Positions 20,913 to 31,168 are shown, counted from the stretch's first letter. The stretch: 64,000 nt of DNA from Chitinophagales bacterium (GCA_015487695.1 WFPF01000018.1:29419-93418); one strand, 5' to 3'. Numbers and translations are program-made. Notes: generated from the letters alone by a model not told the origin.

Positions 20913-21878
20913 TTACTTGGTACCGATTCTTAGCAGCGCAGGAGAGTAGCGTCCGGGGTTTTCCTGTATGTCTTTTACGAGTTGGTTGAGGCTGACCGTC
21001 ACTTTCTTCAGGTTGTCATACAGTTCGTCATCCTGTATCAGCTCGCCCAGTGTGCCTTCTCCTGCTTCCACTTTGGAAATGATGGTATCGAGGCGAGCCG
21101 TCACGTTGGCCAGGCCGCCAAATATTTTGCTGAACTCGATCTGGCTCAGCGAATCGCTGATATCTGCAAAGTTTTTGATGCTTCGATCCAGTTCTTCCTT
21201 GTTGTCTTTGATGGTCGTGGTGATGGCCTGCACATCGTTTACGATGGTATCGATGTGGTATTTTTCCATGGCAATGATGTCCTCTACATTCTGTGTGATG
21301 TTCCGGATGTTGACCAATGCCCCTTCAATGGAAACCAGGTTCTCATTGATTTTGCCCTGAAAATCGACATTGAATATTCCCTGGATGCGGCTGATTACAC
21401 TGTCGATATTTGAGACGAGCACCTCAATCTTGTTCTTGACCGGCAGCAGTTCTTCTTCTATTTGCTGCGAAAGGGTCTGTTCCACGGTTCCTCTTATTAC
21501 AGATCCGGCAGGCAGCGGAGTCCCTTGCTGTTTCTGAATGATGGAAATGGCTTTTTCTCCGAGCAGGTCGGAGTTTACAATGCGTGCTTCGGCATTGTCG
21601 AATATGGGCATATCCTCCAATATGTTGAGCGTGACCTTGATGGCTATCTGCTGTGAATCCGTGCTGTTAAGGCTGATGTCATGCACGGTTCCTATTTCGA
21701 AGCCATGATAGAGTACTTTGTCATTGACACCCAGGCCGTTCACATTGGTATAATACACGTAAAAGGTTCGCCCTTTCTGAAAAAATTGCCCGGTTCTCAG
21801 ATATTGATATCCGAAGATGAGTATCAGAATGGCTACAACTGTTAATACACCGACTTTAAATTCGTTTGAGATCTTCAA
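20913..21878 (-). CDS. mlaD: MlaD/MCE family protein
   Basis: (M)KISNEFKVGVLTVVAILILIFGY...VNGLGVNDKVLYHGFEIGTV. The only in-frame start giving the conserved N-terminus is TTG at 21878. Confidence 0.8.
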   Translation of the reverse strand: MKISNEFKVGVLTVVAILILIFGYQYLRTGQFFQKGRTFYVYYTNVNGLGVNDKVLYHGFEIGTVHDISLNSTDSQQIAIKVTLNILEDMPIFDNAEARIVNSDLLGEKAISIIQKQQGTPLPAGSVIRGTVEQTLSQQIEEELLPVKNKIEVLVSNIDSVISRIQGIFNVDFQGKINENLVSIEGALVNIRNITQNVEDIIAMEKYHIDTIVNDVQAITTTIKDNKEELDRSIKNFADISDSLSQIEFSKIFGGLANVTARLDTIISKVEAGEGTLGELIQDDELYDNLKKVTVSLNQLVKDIQENPGRYSPALLRIGTK

Positions 21879-21901
21879 TGTTCAGGGCTTTTTTAATCCT
21901 T

Positions 21902-21909
21902 CAAAAATA
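21902..21909 (-). promoter_or_regulatory. Candidate -7 promoter box (TATTTTTG on minus strand)
   Basis: Perfect TAnnTTTG, 23 nt upstream of the mlaD TTG start. Confidence 0.3.
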
Positions 21910-21963
21910 GTCATTCTATGGGGAAACGCAGAGATCGCAGCGGCCGTACTTTCCTGTCTGACA

Positions 21964-23238
21964 TTATTCTGAAGTGGCAAAGCTTTTGGGCATGTCCACA
22001 CGAAGCCCGTTTTTATATGCAGCGAGAAAAGCATCCGTAAATCCGGCTTCGCGCGCTTCTTTCAGTGCCTTGCGCGCTTCCGGCAGTTCATAGAAACTGC
22101 CGTAGAAATAGCGAAATATACCGCCTCTGGTCTGATCGGTATATACTTTTTTCAAACGATTGAAAGGCGGGGCGTTGAGGTCGGAGAGCCGGGCAGAGGC
22201 AAATATCTGTACACGGTATTCGATATTTTTTGCATTTCCTGCGGGTATTTCGTTCTCTTTCTTGTCGTGGTTTGCTGCTGTGCTGCCGCTTACCGTTGCT
22301 GGCTCGGGCTTCTGCTCATTGACCACGGACGTATTCTTCTCCTGATTTACAGCGACTTGCTTTTCCCCTTCCAGCCGTGTTTTTTTCTCAATATCGCTCA
22401 GGTTTTTAGGGTTGACCCGCTCGCGTGCAATGGCTTCATAGTCTTTTTCCATGGCCACTTTGTAATCGCGGATTCCCCGGAAGATGGCCGATGCGATGAT
22501 CTCCTGCCCGTATTTGGAGCGCAGAAATTTCTCTTCCTCGCTGTTGCTGAGGAAACCGGTTTCTACCAAAACCGAGGGCATGGCTGTTTTATAGAGTACC
22601 ACCAGTCCGGCTTGTTTTACTCCCCTGTCTTTGCGCCCGGCCCGTGTGCGAAATTGTTCCTGTATGGTGTGCGCCAGGTCGATGCTCTGATCCTGAAAGG
22701 CATATTGCTGAATGGAAAAAATGATATGCGCCACCGGGGAGGTAGGGTCATAGTCATATTTGTCTTCGTAGTTTTCTTCCAGCATGATCACGGCATTTTC
22801 CCGTTTGGCCACTTCGAGATTGGCCTCCGAGCGGTGCATTCCCATCACCCAGGTTTCCGTACCGAAGGCTGCACGATTGGATGCCGAATTGCAGTGGATC
22901 GAAATGAATAAGTCTGCTTTTTTCTCGTTGGCAATGTGTGCGCGCTGGTCGAGCGGGATAAATACATCGCTGCTGCGGGTATAGATGACTTTCACATCGG
23001 GAAGGTATTCGTTGATATAGGCCCCCAGTTGCAGTGTGATACCGAGTGCAATATCCTTTTCATGGCTCGATGAGCCCAGGCAGCCAACGTCTTTGCCTCC
23101 GTGTCCGGCATCAAGGACGATGGTCCGGATCTTGTAGCCCTCTTCCTGTGCCGCCAGGCTGAAGTGAAAAAAGAGAAGCAGCCATGCAACCATGAACAAT
23201 CCGGTTGGTTCTATTTTATAGCAGGATCTGGCGCCCAT
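21964..23238 (-). CDS. N-acetylmuramoyl-L-alanine amidase (Amidase_3) with C-terminal SPOR domain
   Basis: IVLDAGHGGKDVG...DLFISIHCNS...ETGFLSN motifs. C-terminal YRVQIFAS...FYGSFYELPEARKALKEAREAGFTDAFLAAY is SPOR-like. The true start may be the internal ATG at 23193 (MVAWLLLFF... signal peptide). Confidence 0.9.
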   Translation of the reverse strand: MGARSCYKIEPTGLFMVAWLLLFFHFSLAAQEEGYKIRTIVLDAGHGGKDVGCLGSSSHEKDIALGITLQLGAYINEYLPDVKVIYTRSSDVFIPLDQRAHIANEKKADLFISIHCNSASNRAAFGTETWVMGMHRSEANLEVAKRENAVIMLEENYEDKYDYDPTSPVAHIIFSIQQYAFQDQSIDLAHTIQEQFRTRAGRKDRGVKQAGLVVLYKTAMPSVLVETGFLSNSEEEKFLRSKYGQEIIASAIFRGIRDYKVAMEKDYEAIARERVNPKNLSDIEKKTRLEGEKQVAVNQEKNTSVVNEQKPEPATVSGSTAANHDKKENEIPAGNAKNIEYRVQIFASARLSDLNAPPFNRLKKVYTDQTRGGIFRYFYGSFYELPEARKALKEAREAGFTDAFLAAYKNGLRVDMPKSFATSE

Positions 23239-23267
23239 TTTCTTCTTAATTTTGACAATATTTTACT

Positions 23268-25886
23268 TTGGCCGGTATTTCTACTCTAACAAATCTAATC
23301 AGCAGCACCTTGCAGCACAGGCTCCGGACATACTTAACGGCACTTTTTATACTCTTCGCACATCAAAGTGCGCTTTTTGCAGGCGAATCTGTACTGATTA
23401 TAGAGCAACCGACTGCCGGAAATGTGAATTGGGGGATATCTATTCCCGATTCGCTGCTGTCCGACAGCAGCATTGCAGCGGGAAATAAGGACAGTTTGAA
23501 AGTCCTGAAGATACCTTTTTCGCCCGACACCCTGGATGCGGAAGTGCTTTATAAATCAAGCGATTCTGCAGTGCTCGACCTCCGGGCCCAGCAATTTCAC
23601 CTCTACGGGGATGCTGAAATTCATTACGACCGGATTCAGCTTTCGGCAGCCACGGTCACCTTCGACTGGAAGAGGAGTGTCATCTATGCCGAAGGAGTAA
23701 AGGACAGCAGCGGACATCTGAGCGGCCGGCCCAAATTCAATGACGGAAATGAATCCTTTGAGGCAAACCGCATTGCCTATAATTTTAAAAGCGGCAAGGG
23801 CAAAATCTACGACCTGATGACACGGGAGGGAGAAGGGTTTCTGCACACCGAGGAGGCAAAAAAACTGGATAACAATGTGATCTATGCCAAGAAGGTGAGA
23901 TACACTACCTGTGATCTGGAGCATCCGCACTTTTACGTGGAGGCAAACCCTTCGAAAGTCGTTCCCAACGAGATATTGGTAGCCGGCCCGGCCAACCTGG
24001 TCATTGAAGGAGTACGCACTCCATTTGTGTTGCCCTTTGCCTTGTTTCCGCTGAAGAAAGAGGAAAGGCAAAGCGGACTCATCCTCCCTTCGGTTGCCAA
24101 TACCGGAAATTTCGGATACGGCCTGACCAATGGCGGTTATTATTTTTCATTGAGCGATTATTACGACCTCTCCCTTACGGGCGACATCTATTCCAGCGGG
24201 AGCTATGGCCTGCGTATGAATACGAAATTTAAAAAGCGCTATAAGTATTCCGGAAATTTATCGCTGGCATACAGCCGCTTCAAGACCGGGTCGGCACTCT
24301 TTGAATCCTTGAATATCACTAAAACCACGAAGGTGACGGGCAGTTTCCGAATTGATCCGAAAGCCTGGCCCAACAATGACTTCAGCATCAACCTCAACTT
24401 TGGGTCGAGCAATTACAACCTTTTCAATGAGCTGAACCTCGACAAGCGCCTGAACAATACTTATTCATCCTCGATGAGTTACTCCCACCGCTTTCCCGAG
24501 AGCTGGCGCCTGCGCTTTGAGGCCAAAGCCCGTTATTTCCAGAGCATTCAGAACCGCGAAATCACACTTACACTGCCCGAGCTGTTTATCGGCACACAGA
24601 CGATCTTCCCCTTTGAGCGCAAGAATGCCATTGGAGGCAAGCGCTGGTATGAAAAAATCAATTTTTCATGGAAACTGAATTCACAGAATTCGGTAAGGAT
24701 GGCTGATTCCACATTTTTCAGTAGAAATACGCTGGAACAGATGCAGTTTGGTGTGAGCCAGAAGATTCCTGTTTCGGCCAACTTTAAAGTACTGAAATAC
24801 TTCAACCTTTCTCCGGGTTTTCGCTACAACGAAGACTGGTATACCCGCAGCTATGATTACCGCTATGACCCGATTATCAATGAGGACTCGAGCATCAGCT
24901 ATGTTCAGATTGATACGAGCCGTGGATTCAAAGCCGTGAGATATTACAGTGCCTCTCTTTCCATACAGACCAACCTTTACGGCTTCCTGCGTTTTCCGAA
25001 GCGGAAAATAAGGGCCATTCGACACAAACTGACTCCGTCATTCTCGCTTAGCTACAATCCCAACTTTGCCGAACCCCGTTTCGGTTATTATGATATTATT
25101 CCCATAAATCCCGAGGGAGATGAACAGACATTCAAAACCTACCCGTCCCTGTACGGAAGTCCGCCCACAAGAGAATTTGGGGGGGTCAACTTCTCCTTGC
25201 TCAACAATGTGGAGATGAAATTGGCCGACCCTTCCGATACCATTCTCGGTACCCGTAAAGTGACACTGATTGACAACCTGAACATCACGGGCAACTACAA
25301 TTTTGTTGCCGACACTCTCCAATGGGGATTAATCAGTCTGAGCGGTTATACGAACCTGTTTAAACGAAAAGTCAGGATCAACTACAATGCCCGGCTTGAC
25401 CCTTATGCACTCAATGAGCGCGGGGTTCGCGTCAACCGTTTTTATTTCAATGAAAAAGGAAGGCCCTTGCGTTTCGAAAGCGCCAATGTGACGATGAACA
25501 CGGGATGGACCCAGAAGGACATGGATTGGCTTGGTTTTCCTTTTAATGTGAATTTGAGTTACAGCCTGAATCTGGACAAGGGCATTCCGGGCAATGCCGA
25601 CACTTTGCGGGTCACTCAGGGTGCGGGCATTCGCCTGTCGATGGATCCCGCTGCCAAATGGCAGATGCGCCTTGATTTGCGATATGATATTGCCAGACGT
25701 GATATTGCCGGCCTCACGGTAGATATCTCGCGCGACTTGCATTGCTGGTTTATGTCTTTCAACTGGGTGCCCACGGGCTATGCCAAGCGCTATACTTTCA
25801 CCATTCAGGCGCGCAGCAGCCTGCTCAAAGACCTGAAGCTGAGGAAACAAAGTGATCCTTATGCCAATTTTCCGCAATTTCAGTAG
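23268..25886 (+). CDS. lptD: LPS-assembly protein LptD-like outer-membrane protein
   Basis: 872-aa ORF with an N-terminal OstA-like segment (LYGDAEIHYDRIQLSAATVTFDW) and a long beta-barrel-type region rich in alternating aromatic residues. Conserved amidase/LptD divergent arrangement. No ATG near the 5' end, so the start is TTG 23268 or TTG 23310. Confidence 0.7.
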   Translation: MAGISTLTNLISSTLQHRLRTYLTALFILFAHQSALFAGESVLIIEQPTAGNVNWGISIPDSLLSDSSIAAGNKDSLKVLKIPFSPDTLDAEVLYKSSDSAVLDLRAQQFHLYGDAEIHYDRIQLSAATVTFDWKRSVIYAEGVKDSSGHLSGRPKFNDGNESFEANRIAYNFKSGKGKIYDLMTREGEGFLHTEEAKKLDNNVIYAKKVRYTTCDLEHPHFYVEANPSKVVPNEILVAGPANLVIEGVRTPFVLPFALFPLKKEERQSGLILPSVANTGNFGYGLTNGGYYFSLSDYYDLSLTGDIYSSGSYGLRMNTKFKKRYKYSGNLSLAYSRFKTGSALFESLNITKTTKVTGSFRIDPKAWPNNDFSINLNFGSSNYNLFNELNLDKRLNNTYSSSMSYSHRFPESWRLRFEAKARYFQSIQNREITLTLPELFIGTQTIFPFERKNAIGGKRWYEKINFSWKLNSQNSVRMADSTFFSRNTLEQMQFGVSQKIPVSANFKVLKYFNLSPGFRYNEDWYTRSYDYRYDPIINEDSSISYVQIDTSRGFKAVRYYSASLSIQTNLYGFLRFPKRKIRAIRHKLTPSFSLSYNPNFAEPRFGYYDIIPINPEGDEQTFKTYPSLYGSPPTREFGGVNFSLLNNVEMKLADPSDTILGTRKVTLIDNLNITGNYNFVADTLQWGLISLSGYTNLFKRKVRINYNARLDPYALNERGVRVNRFYFNEKGRPLRFESANVTMNTGWTQKDMDWLGFPFNVNLSYSLNLDKGIPGNADTLRVTQGAGIRLSMDPAAKWQMRLDLRYDIARRDIAGLTVDISRDLHCWFMSFNWVPTGYAKRYTFTIQARSSLLKDLKLRKQSDPYANFPQFQ

Positions 25887-25898
25887 AGAAACAAAGCC

Positions 25899-26303
25899 TT
25901 AACGTCTCAGCCGGATATGCGCATCCAGGCTGTATTTTCCTGCCCCGGCCAGGGCCAATCCCGCTGCTACACTCAGCATTTCCAGAGGATAGACGAAAGA
26001 TTCCCCATGGGCTTGATGCATGAGAATGGCAACAAGCATGGTGATTACTATGAGCAGTGCAGCCGGCCGGGTCAGCAAACCGAAAGCCAAAAGGAGTCCA
26101 CCTCCGAATTCAGCGAATGCGGCCATAAAACCCCAGAATACATGTGCAAAATCCAACCCGGCATACGCCATGTTGGCCCCCAGCTTTTCCCAGATTTCAG
26201 GGCCTCCCGTGATTTTTGAGTATCCATGGTTGAATGCAAAGGACAATCCGATTCCGACACGTATGATTAACAGTCCCAGATCTTTGGCAGTACTCTTTTT
26301 CAT
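25899..26303 (-). CDS. DoxX family membrane protein
   Basis: 134 aa, four hydrophobic helices, LGLLIIRVGIGLSFAFNHGYSK...FAEFGGGLLLAFGLLTRPAA pattern. Confidence 0.8.
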   Translation of the reverse strand: MKKSTAKDLGLLIIRVGIGLSFAFNHGYSKITGGPEIWEKLGANMAYAGLDFAHVFWGFMAAFAEFGGGLLLAFGLLTRPAALLIVITMLVAILMHQAHGESFVYPLEMLSVAAGLALAGAGKYSLDAHIRLRR

Positions 26304-26374
26304 GTAGATGCAATAATGTTTGAGAACTAAAGAATAAAGTTTTCAGTGCTTTTCTTGTCGCCTGAAAGCTGATA

Positions 26375-27100
26375 TTATTTATTCCGGTCGTAATAGTCAA
26401 ATACTTTTTTCATGATGGCGGTGGTCCGCTCCAGCGGATTCTCACGAATGGCTTTTTCTTCATCGGCCACCATTGTGAAGACGCCATCAAGCGCACGCCT
26501 ATTAACATAATCCACCAGGTCGGGGTTCACATCTTTCACAAGGGGCAACTTGTTGTATTCCGAAATCATTTCGCTCCAGTAGCGCGTGGCGTTGACCTTG
26601 TCCAGCGAATGGCTGATGACGGGTTTAAACTCGCGGTAAAGTTTGTCATAGGTCTTGCTTCGCAGATAATGTGTGGCCGCACTGTCTCCTCCGAAAAGAA
26701 TATTCATGGCATCGCTGAAACTCATTTCCTTAATGGCCTGGATAAATATGGGTTTGGCTTTGGCCGCAGCATCTTCCGCGGCCCGGTTCATGCTTAGCTC
26801 GGCCTTGTCTACCAGGCTCCCGAGGCCTACGGATCGCAGGGTAGAAGCTACTTTTTCAAGTTCTTTGGGCAGGGGAATCCGCACCTTGGGATTGGCATAA
26901 AAACCATCGGTCTTTGAGAGTAGTTCGCTGCCTTTTGAAATGCCTTTAATCAGGGCATCTTTGAGGCCGGAAGCCGCTTCTTCATTGGTGATCCCCGTAC
27001 TGCTGGTTCCGCTGATAAGTTCTTCCAATTCACAGGAGGAAAAGAGAAAGAGAAAAAGAATGAGTGCCAGCCCTTTGATACTTCGATTTGTCATCTGCAT
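26375..27100 (-). CDS. DUF4197 domain-containing lipoprotein
   Basis: Lipobox LFLFSSC. ...NEEAASGLKDALIKGISKGSELLSKTDGFYANPKVRIPLP... matches the DUF4197 pattern. Confidence 0.65.
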   Translation of the reverse strand: MQMTNRSIKGLALILFLFLFSSCELEELISGTSSTGITNEEAASGLKDALIKGISKGSELLSKTDGFYANPKVRIPLPKELEKVASTLRSVGLGSLVDKAELSMNRAAEDAAAKAKPIFIQAIKEMSFSDAMNILFGGDSAATHYLRSKTYDKLYREFKPVISHSLDKVNATRYWSEMISEYNKLPLVKDVNPDLVDYVNRRALDGVFTMVADEEKAIRENPLERTTAIMKKVFDYYDRNK

Positions 27101-27176
27101 GGTGTTTATTTTTAACTGAGGAGAAAAATTAATAACTGATTCGTTCTAGCTTTACAAATAAGATTCCAAAATAGTC

Positions 27177-28439
27177 ATGAAAGCAGAAATAATTACCATC
27201 GGGGATGAAATATTGTACGGACAAACAATAGATACCAACAGCGCCTGGCTGGGAAAGCAACTCCACGCAATGGGAATAGAAGTGCGTGAAATACTGAGCA
27301 TCTCCGATCGCAGGGAATCCATTCTCGAGGCACTGAAAAGAGCGGCCTCGAGGGCAGACCTGATTCTTACCACGGGAGGCCTGGGCCCGACCAGTGATGA
27401 CATTACAAAAAAGACCCTGGCCGAATATTTCGGAGTAGGTCTGAAGAGAAACAAGGCTGTTGAAGAAGAGGTGAAAGCCCTTTTCAGGCGCTGGAACAGG
27501 GAGGCTTCGCCCGCAAACCTTGCACAGGCCGAGCTGCCCGAAAATTGTGAAGCCCTGAGCAACAAACTGGGTACCGCCCCGGGAATGCTTTTTAAAGAAA
27601 AGGGGAAAGTATTTGTCTCGATGCCGGGTGTCCCGCATGAGATGCGGGCCATTTTTCAGAATGAACTCGCCCCTCGCTTGCGAAAGCTATGGAAGCTCCC
27701 GGCCATCCGGCATTACTTTGTGATGACGGCCGGCATGGGAGAATCGCATATTGCCTCATTGCTCCGGGATTTTGAGGAAAAACTGCCTCAAAATGTGGGG
27801 TTGGCTTATCTCCCCTCGCTCGGAATGGTCAAACTGCGGCTGACTGCCCGCGGTGAAAACGGAGAGGAGTTGGATGCCTTTCTGGAGAGCCTGGGAAATG
27901 AATTGGCCGCTCTTCTGACCGATATTGTTTTTTACAGCGGCAGGGATGAGAAGATGAGTATCAGCAAAGCCGTTGGGCAGCTGCTGCTGGAAAGGAAGGC
28001 CCGCCTCGCAACGGCTGAAAGCTGTACGGGCGGAAAGATAGCCGCGGACATCACGGCCATACCGGGCGCATCCCATTATTTCGAGGGAAGCGTGGTGGCC
28101 TATTCCAACCGGGTAAAAATGAAGGTGCTCGGTGTGCGGCCGGAAACGCTTGAAAAACACGGAGCAGTGAGCGAAGAGACGGTAAGGGAGATGGCCGAAG
28201 GGGTGTGTAAACTATTGGCCACGGATTATGCCATTGCCGTGTCGGGTATTGCAGGGCCCGGGGGTGGCAGCCCGCAAAAGCCGGTGGGAACAGTGTGGAC
28301 GGCCATCGCTTCGCCAGCCGGAGTCCGGACGAAACTTTTGCACCTGGGAGGAGGCAGGCGCGAGATCATTCAGCTTACGTCAAACCTGGCCCTGAATCTG
28401 CTCCGCAGGAGCATCCTGCAGAATGAGCCCGGGAAATGA
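27177..28439 (+). CDS. cinA: Competence/damage-inducible protein CinA (MoCF-binding domain plus nicotinamide-nucleotide amidase domain)
   Basis: MKAEIITIGDEILYGQTIDTNSAWL N-terminus. C-terminal LATAESCTGGKIA...GSVVAYSN. Confidence 0.9.
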   Translation: MKAEIITIGDEILYGQTIDTNSAWLGKQLHAMGIEVREILSISDRRESILEALKRAASRADLILTTGGLGPTSDDITKKTLAEYFGVGLKRNKAVEEEVKALFRRWNREASPANLAQAELPENCEALSNKLGTAPGMLFKEKGKVFVSMPGVPHEMRAIFQNELAPRLRKLWKLPAIRHYFVMTAGMGESHIASLLRDFEEKLPQNVGLAYLPSLGMVKLRLTARGENGEELDAFLESLGNELAALLTDIVFYSGRDEKMSISKAVGQLLLERKARLATAESCTGGKIAADITAIPGASHYFEGSVVAYSNRVKMKVLGVRPETLEKHGAVSEETVREMAEGVCKLLATDYAIAVSGIAGPGGGSPQKPVGTVWTAIASPAGVRTKLLHLGGGRREIIQLTSNLALNLLRRSILQNEPGK

Positions 28440-28530
28440 AATCTGTTTTTGGACAGAAAAGTCTTCTGTGCATCTTTGCCAGCGATAGGCAAAAGGGTTA
28501 AATTTGGGGCATCAACAGAAATCTTACACC

Positions 28531-29889
28531 ATGGCAGAAAAGGATCTGATCATGCCCAAAATGGGCGAAAGCATAATGGAAGCTACCATTCTCAACTGGC
28601 TGAAGAAGGAAGGCGACCATGTAGAAGAAGACGAACCCGTATTGGAAATTGCCACCGATAAGGTAGATTCTGAAGTGCCCTCGCCCTATACGGGCACACT
28701 GAAAAAAATTCTCTATAAAGTGAACGATGTGGTGGAAGTGGGAAAACCCATTGCCCGGATTGAAGTAGACAGCGAAGACGCTGCCGAAGTTCCGGAAACA
28801 GCTCCGGCTCCGCCTGTGCAGGAAGCAAAGGAAAGTGAAGTTCAAAGCAATCCCCAACCTGTAATGGCAGGGGTGGATGAACCCGGGCTTCAGTCGGGAA
28901 AAGGAAGCAACGGACAGCATCAGAAAGAACGATTTTATTCTCCTCTTGTAATGAATATAGCCCGACAGGAAGGCATCAGCATGCAGGAATTGGAGAAAGT
29001 ACCCGGCAGCGGAAGAGAGGGAAGAGTTACCAAAAAAGATATTCTGAGTTACCTTAAAGCTCGCCAGACACCTCAGACACCTCAGGCACCTCAGGCAGCT
29101 CCGGCCGCAAGTCCGGTGAAAGAAGCTCCTGCAGCTCCCGTATCCAAAAGTGTGGCGGCACCGGCTGCAAGCAGCAGCGGAGAGGTGGAGATTATTGAAA
29201 TGGACCGCATGCGAAGGATGATTGCCGATCACATGGTTCAGTCCAAACACACCTCGGCACACGTCACCTCCTTTGTCGAAGCCGATGTGACCAACCTGGT
29301 ACAATGGCGCAACAAGGTGAAAAACGAATTTCTGAAGCGGGAAGGAGAAAAACTGACCTTCACACCTATTTTTATCGAGCTGCTGGCCAAGGTGCTTAAA
29401 GAGTTTCCCTACGTCAATGCATCCATTGACGGATATAAAATCATTGTAAAAAAATACATCAATATCGGGATGGCAGCCGCCCTTCCGAGCGGAAATCTCA
29501 TTGTTCCGGTTATCAGGCAAGCCGATCAGTTCAACCTGGTAGGTCTGGCCAAGCAGGTAAATGACCTGGCCCGCAGGGCACGTGAAAACAAGCTGAAACC
29601 GGATGAAATTCAGGACGGTACGTTTACCCTCACCAATGTGGGCACCTTTGGAAACCTGGCCGGAACACCCATCATCAATCAGCCGCAGGTGGCCATACTG
29701 GCAACGGGGGCCATCAAAAAGAAACCGGGCATTGTCGAAACGGATGAGGGCGATATGATTGCCGTAAGGCACTACATGATGATCAGCATGAGTTATGATC
29801 ATCGTTTGGTAGATGGTGCCATGGGAGGCAGCTTTATCAGAAGATTTGCCGACCTGCTCGAGTCCTGGGATCCCAACCGGGCCATTTGA
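28531..29889 (+). CDS. 2-oxoacid dehydrogenase E2 component (dihydrolipoamide acyltransferase)
   Basis: Lipoyl domain with EIATDKV, E3/E1-binding domain (SPLVMNIARQEGI...GSGREGRVTKKDI) and catalytic SYDHRLVDGA. ATG 28531 (MAEKDLIMPKMGE...) preferred over the TTG at 28504. No E1 or E3 gene in the window. Confidence 0.9.
   Translation: MAEKDLIMPKMGESIMEATILNWLKKEGDHVEEDEPVLEIATDKVDSEVPSPYTGTLKKILYKVNDVVEVGKPIARIEVDSEDAAEVPETAPAPPVQEAKESEVQSNPQPVMAGVDEPGLQSGKGSNGQHQKERFYSPLVMNIARQEGISMQELEKVPGSGREGRVTKKDILSYLKARQTPQTPQAPQAAPAASPVKEAPAAPVSKSVAAPAASSSGEVEIIEMDRMRRMIADHMVQSKHTSAHVTSFVEADVTNLVQWRNKVKNEFLKREGEKLTFTPIFIELLAKVLKEFPYVNASIDGYKIIVKKYINIGMAAALPSGNLIVPVIRQADQFNLVGLAKQVNDLARRARENKLKPDEIQDGTFTLTNVGTFGNLAGTPIINQPQVAILATGAIKKKPGIVETDEGDMIAVRHYMMISMSYDHRLVDGAMGGSFIRRFADLLESWDPNRAI
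29065..29100 (+). repeat. 4 x 9-bp in-frame tandem repeat in the E2 inter-domain linker
   Basis: CAGACACCT CAGACACCT CAGGCACCT CAGGCAGCT, encoding QTP-QTP-QAP-QAA. Confidence 0.85.
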
Positions 29890-29932
29890 CCGGAGCGCGC
29901 GCAATCATGCGGAAATAATCTAAAACGAAGGA

Positions 29933-30583
29933 ATGTCTGATACACAATCCAGATGGCTGGCATCTGCTGCACTGATTTTATCCTGTATTTTTGGCTTTGC
30001 CGGGCTGGCTTATGAAAAAAGCACCGAGCTTTTTATCGCCATGAGCCCCTTTCACCTGCTTTTCAGTGCCATCATTCTCTTTTGGTTTCAGAGCAAGTTT
30101 AAAAGACCCTTCTGGAATTTCTCCGTCATCACGTACTTCATCATCACTTTTGTATTGCTTCTCAACTATTTTACGGCATTTCCGATGGGCGCAATCGACT
30201 ATCGCCCTTCCCTTGGGATTTCCGTTTTCAGCATTCCCCTCATACTGCCTCTGCTCTGGTTAATGATTTTCTACAGTGCAGGCACCATTTCAGCGCGTCT
30301 GCCCTTCCCCAAGATTCTGAAAGCCGTGGTAGCCGCATTCTTAATCCTGCTGATGGACCTCGCTCTTGAGCCTGCGGCCGAGACCCTCGACTGGTGGAAG
30401 TGGGAGCACAACCAGAATCTGCTGCCTGTCTATCTGACCTGGTTTCTTCTCGCTTTCTTTCTTATGCTCTTTTTCCACCTTTCACATTTCAGAAAATCGA
30501 ATAAAGTCGCTCCCCTGCTTTTCATTATTTACCTAAGCTTCTTTACGCTTATCAATCTCTACGGAACGGGATTTATCTCCTGA
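29933..30583 (+). CDS. Polytopic membrane protein, carotenoid-biosynthesis-protein (DUF422-like) family
   Basis: 216 aa, about 7 hydrophobic helices. LLMDLALEPAAETLDWWKWEHN resembles the conserved motif of that family. Assignment from memory only. Confidence 0.5.
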   Translation: MSDTQSRWLASAALILSCIFGFAGLAYEKSTELFIAMSPFHLLFSAIILFWFQSKFKRPFWNFSVITYFIITFVLLLNYFTAFPMGAIDYRPSLGISVFSIPLILPLLWLMIFYSAGTISARLPFPKILKAVVAAFLILLMDLALEPAAETLDWWKWEHNQNLLPVYLTWFLLAFFLMLFFHLSHFRKSNKVAPLLFIIYLSFFTLINLYGTGFIS

Positions 30584-30635
30584 GCAGGACGGGCGGAGGC
30601 GTGGATTTCTGTGCGATTGAGTTTGAAATTTGAGG

Positions 30636-30643
30636 TAAATTTG
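30636..30643 (+). promoter_or_regulatory. Candidate -7 promoter box (TAAATTTG)
   Basis: Perfect TAnnTTTG, 30 nt upstream of ATG 30674. Confidence 0.3.
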
Positions 30644-30673
30644 AAGGAGAGCCACCTTTGCTAAAACAGCGAT

Positions 30674-31168
30674 ATGCAGGAAATCCAAAAAAAATCTGAT
30701 TGTCCTTTTTGTCAAAAAACACAGAAAGACTACATACTGGAATCCCGGTATTTTGCAGTGATCTATAATATCTCGCCCATATTGCCGGGCCATTGCCTGA
30801 TCATTCCCAAATCTCATCATGAAAGTCTTTTCGAGCTGAATGAAGAGCAACTGGCCGAATTTATGATTCTGAGTCGCAAGCTGGCCGGACTTCTGAACCG
30901 GGTTTTTGATACGAAGGCCTTTGACTGGGCCATCCAGGAGGGGGAGGAGGCCGGACAATCACAGGCACATTTGCATATGCATGTTGTACCCCGTAAAATC
31001 GGTGATCTAAGTGATCCGGGAGCCTGGTACCGGGCCATTCAGAACAGCGGTGATGACCTCGACACTTTTGAGCGATTCCGCCTCAGTGAGGAAGAGCTTG
31101 CCGATCAGACCCAGCGGCTGAGGAAAGAAGCCATTCGATACTTCGAAGATGATTCATTCTTTGTCTGA
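30674..31168 (+). CDS. HIT (histidine triad) family protein
   Basis: CPFC...ISPILPGHCLIIPK and the histidine triad HLHMHVVPR. Confidence 0.85.
   Translation: MQEIQKKSDCPFCQKTQKDYILESRYFAVIYNISPILPGHCLIIPKSHHESLFELNEEQLAEFMILSRKLAGLLNRVFDTKAFDWAIQEGEEAGQSQAHLHMHVVPRKIGDLSDPGAWYRAIQNSGDDLDTFERFRLSEEELADQTQRLRKEAIRYFEDDSFFV

Noticed and set aside
28498-29904. 468-aa ORF exactly antisense to the E2 acyltransferase gene
   Set aside because: The sense strand has unmistakable E2 motifs. The antisense translation is low-complexity (F/H/L/R/G/C-rich) with no motif. It is a shadow ORF, explained by the scarcity of TTA/CTA/TCA codons in the sense frame, which removes stop codons from the antisense frame.
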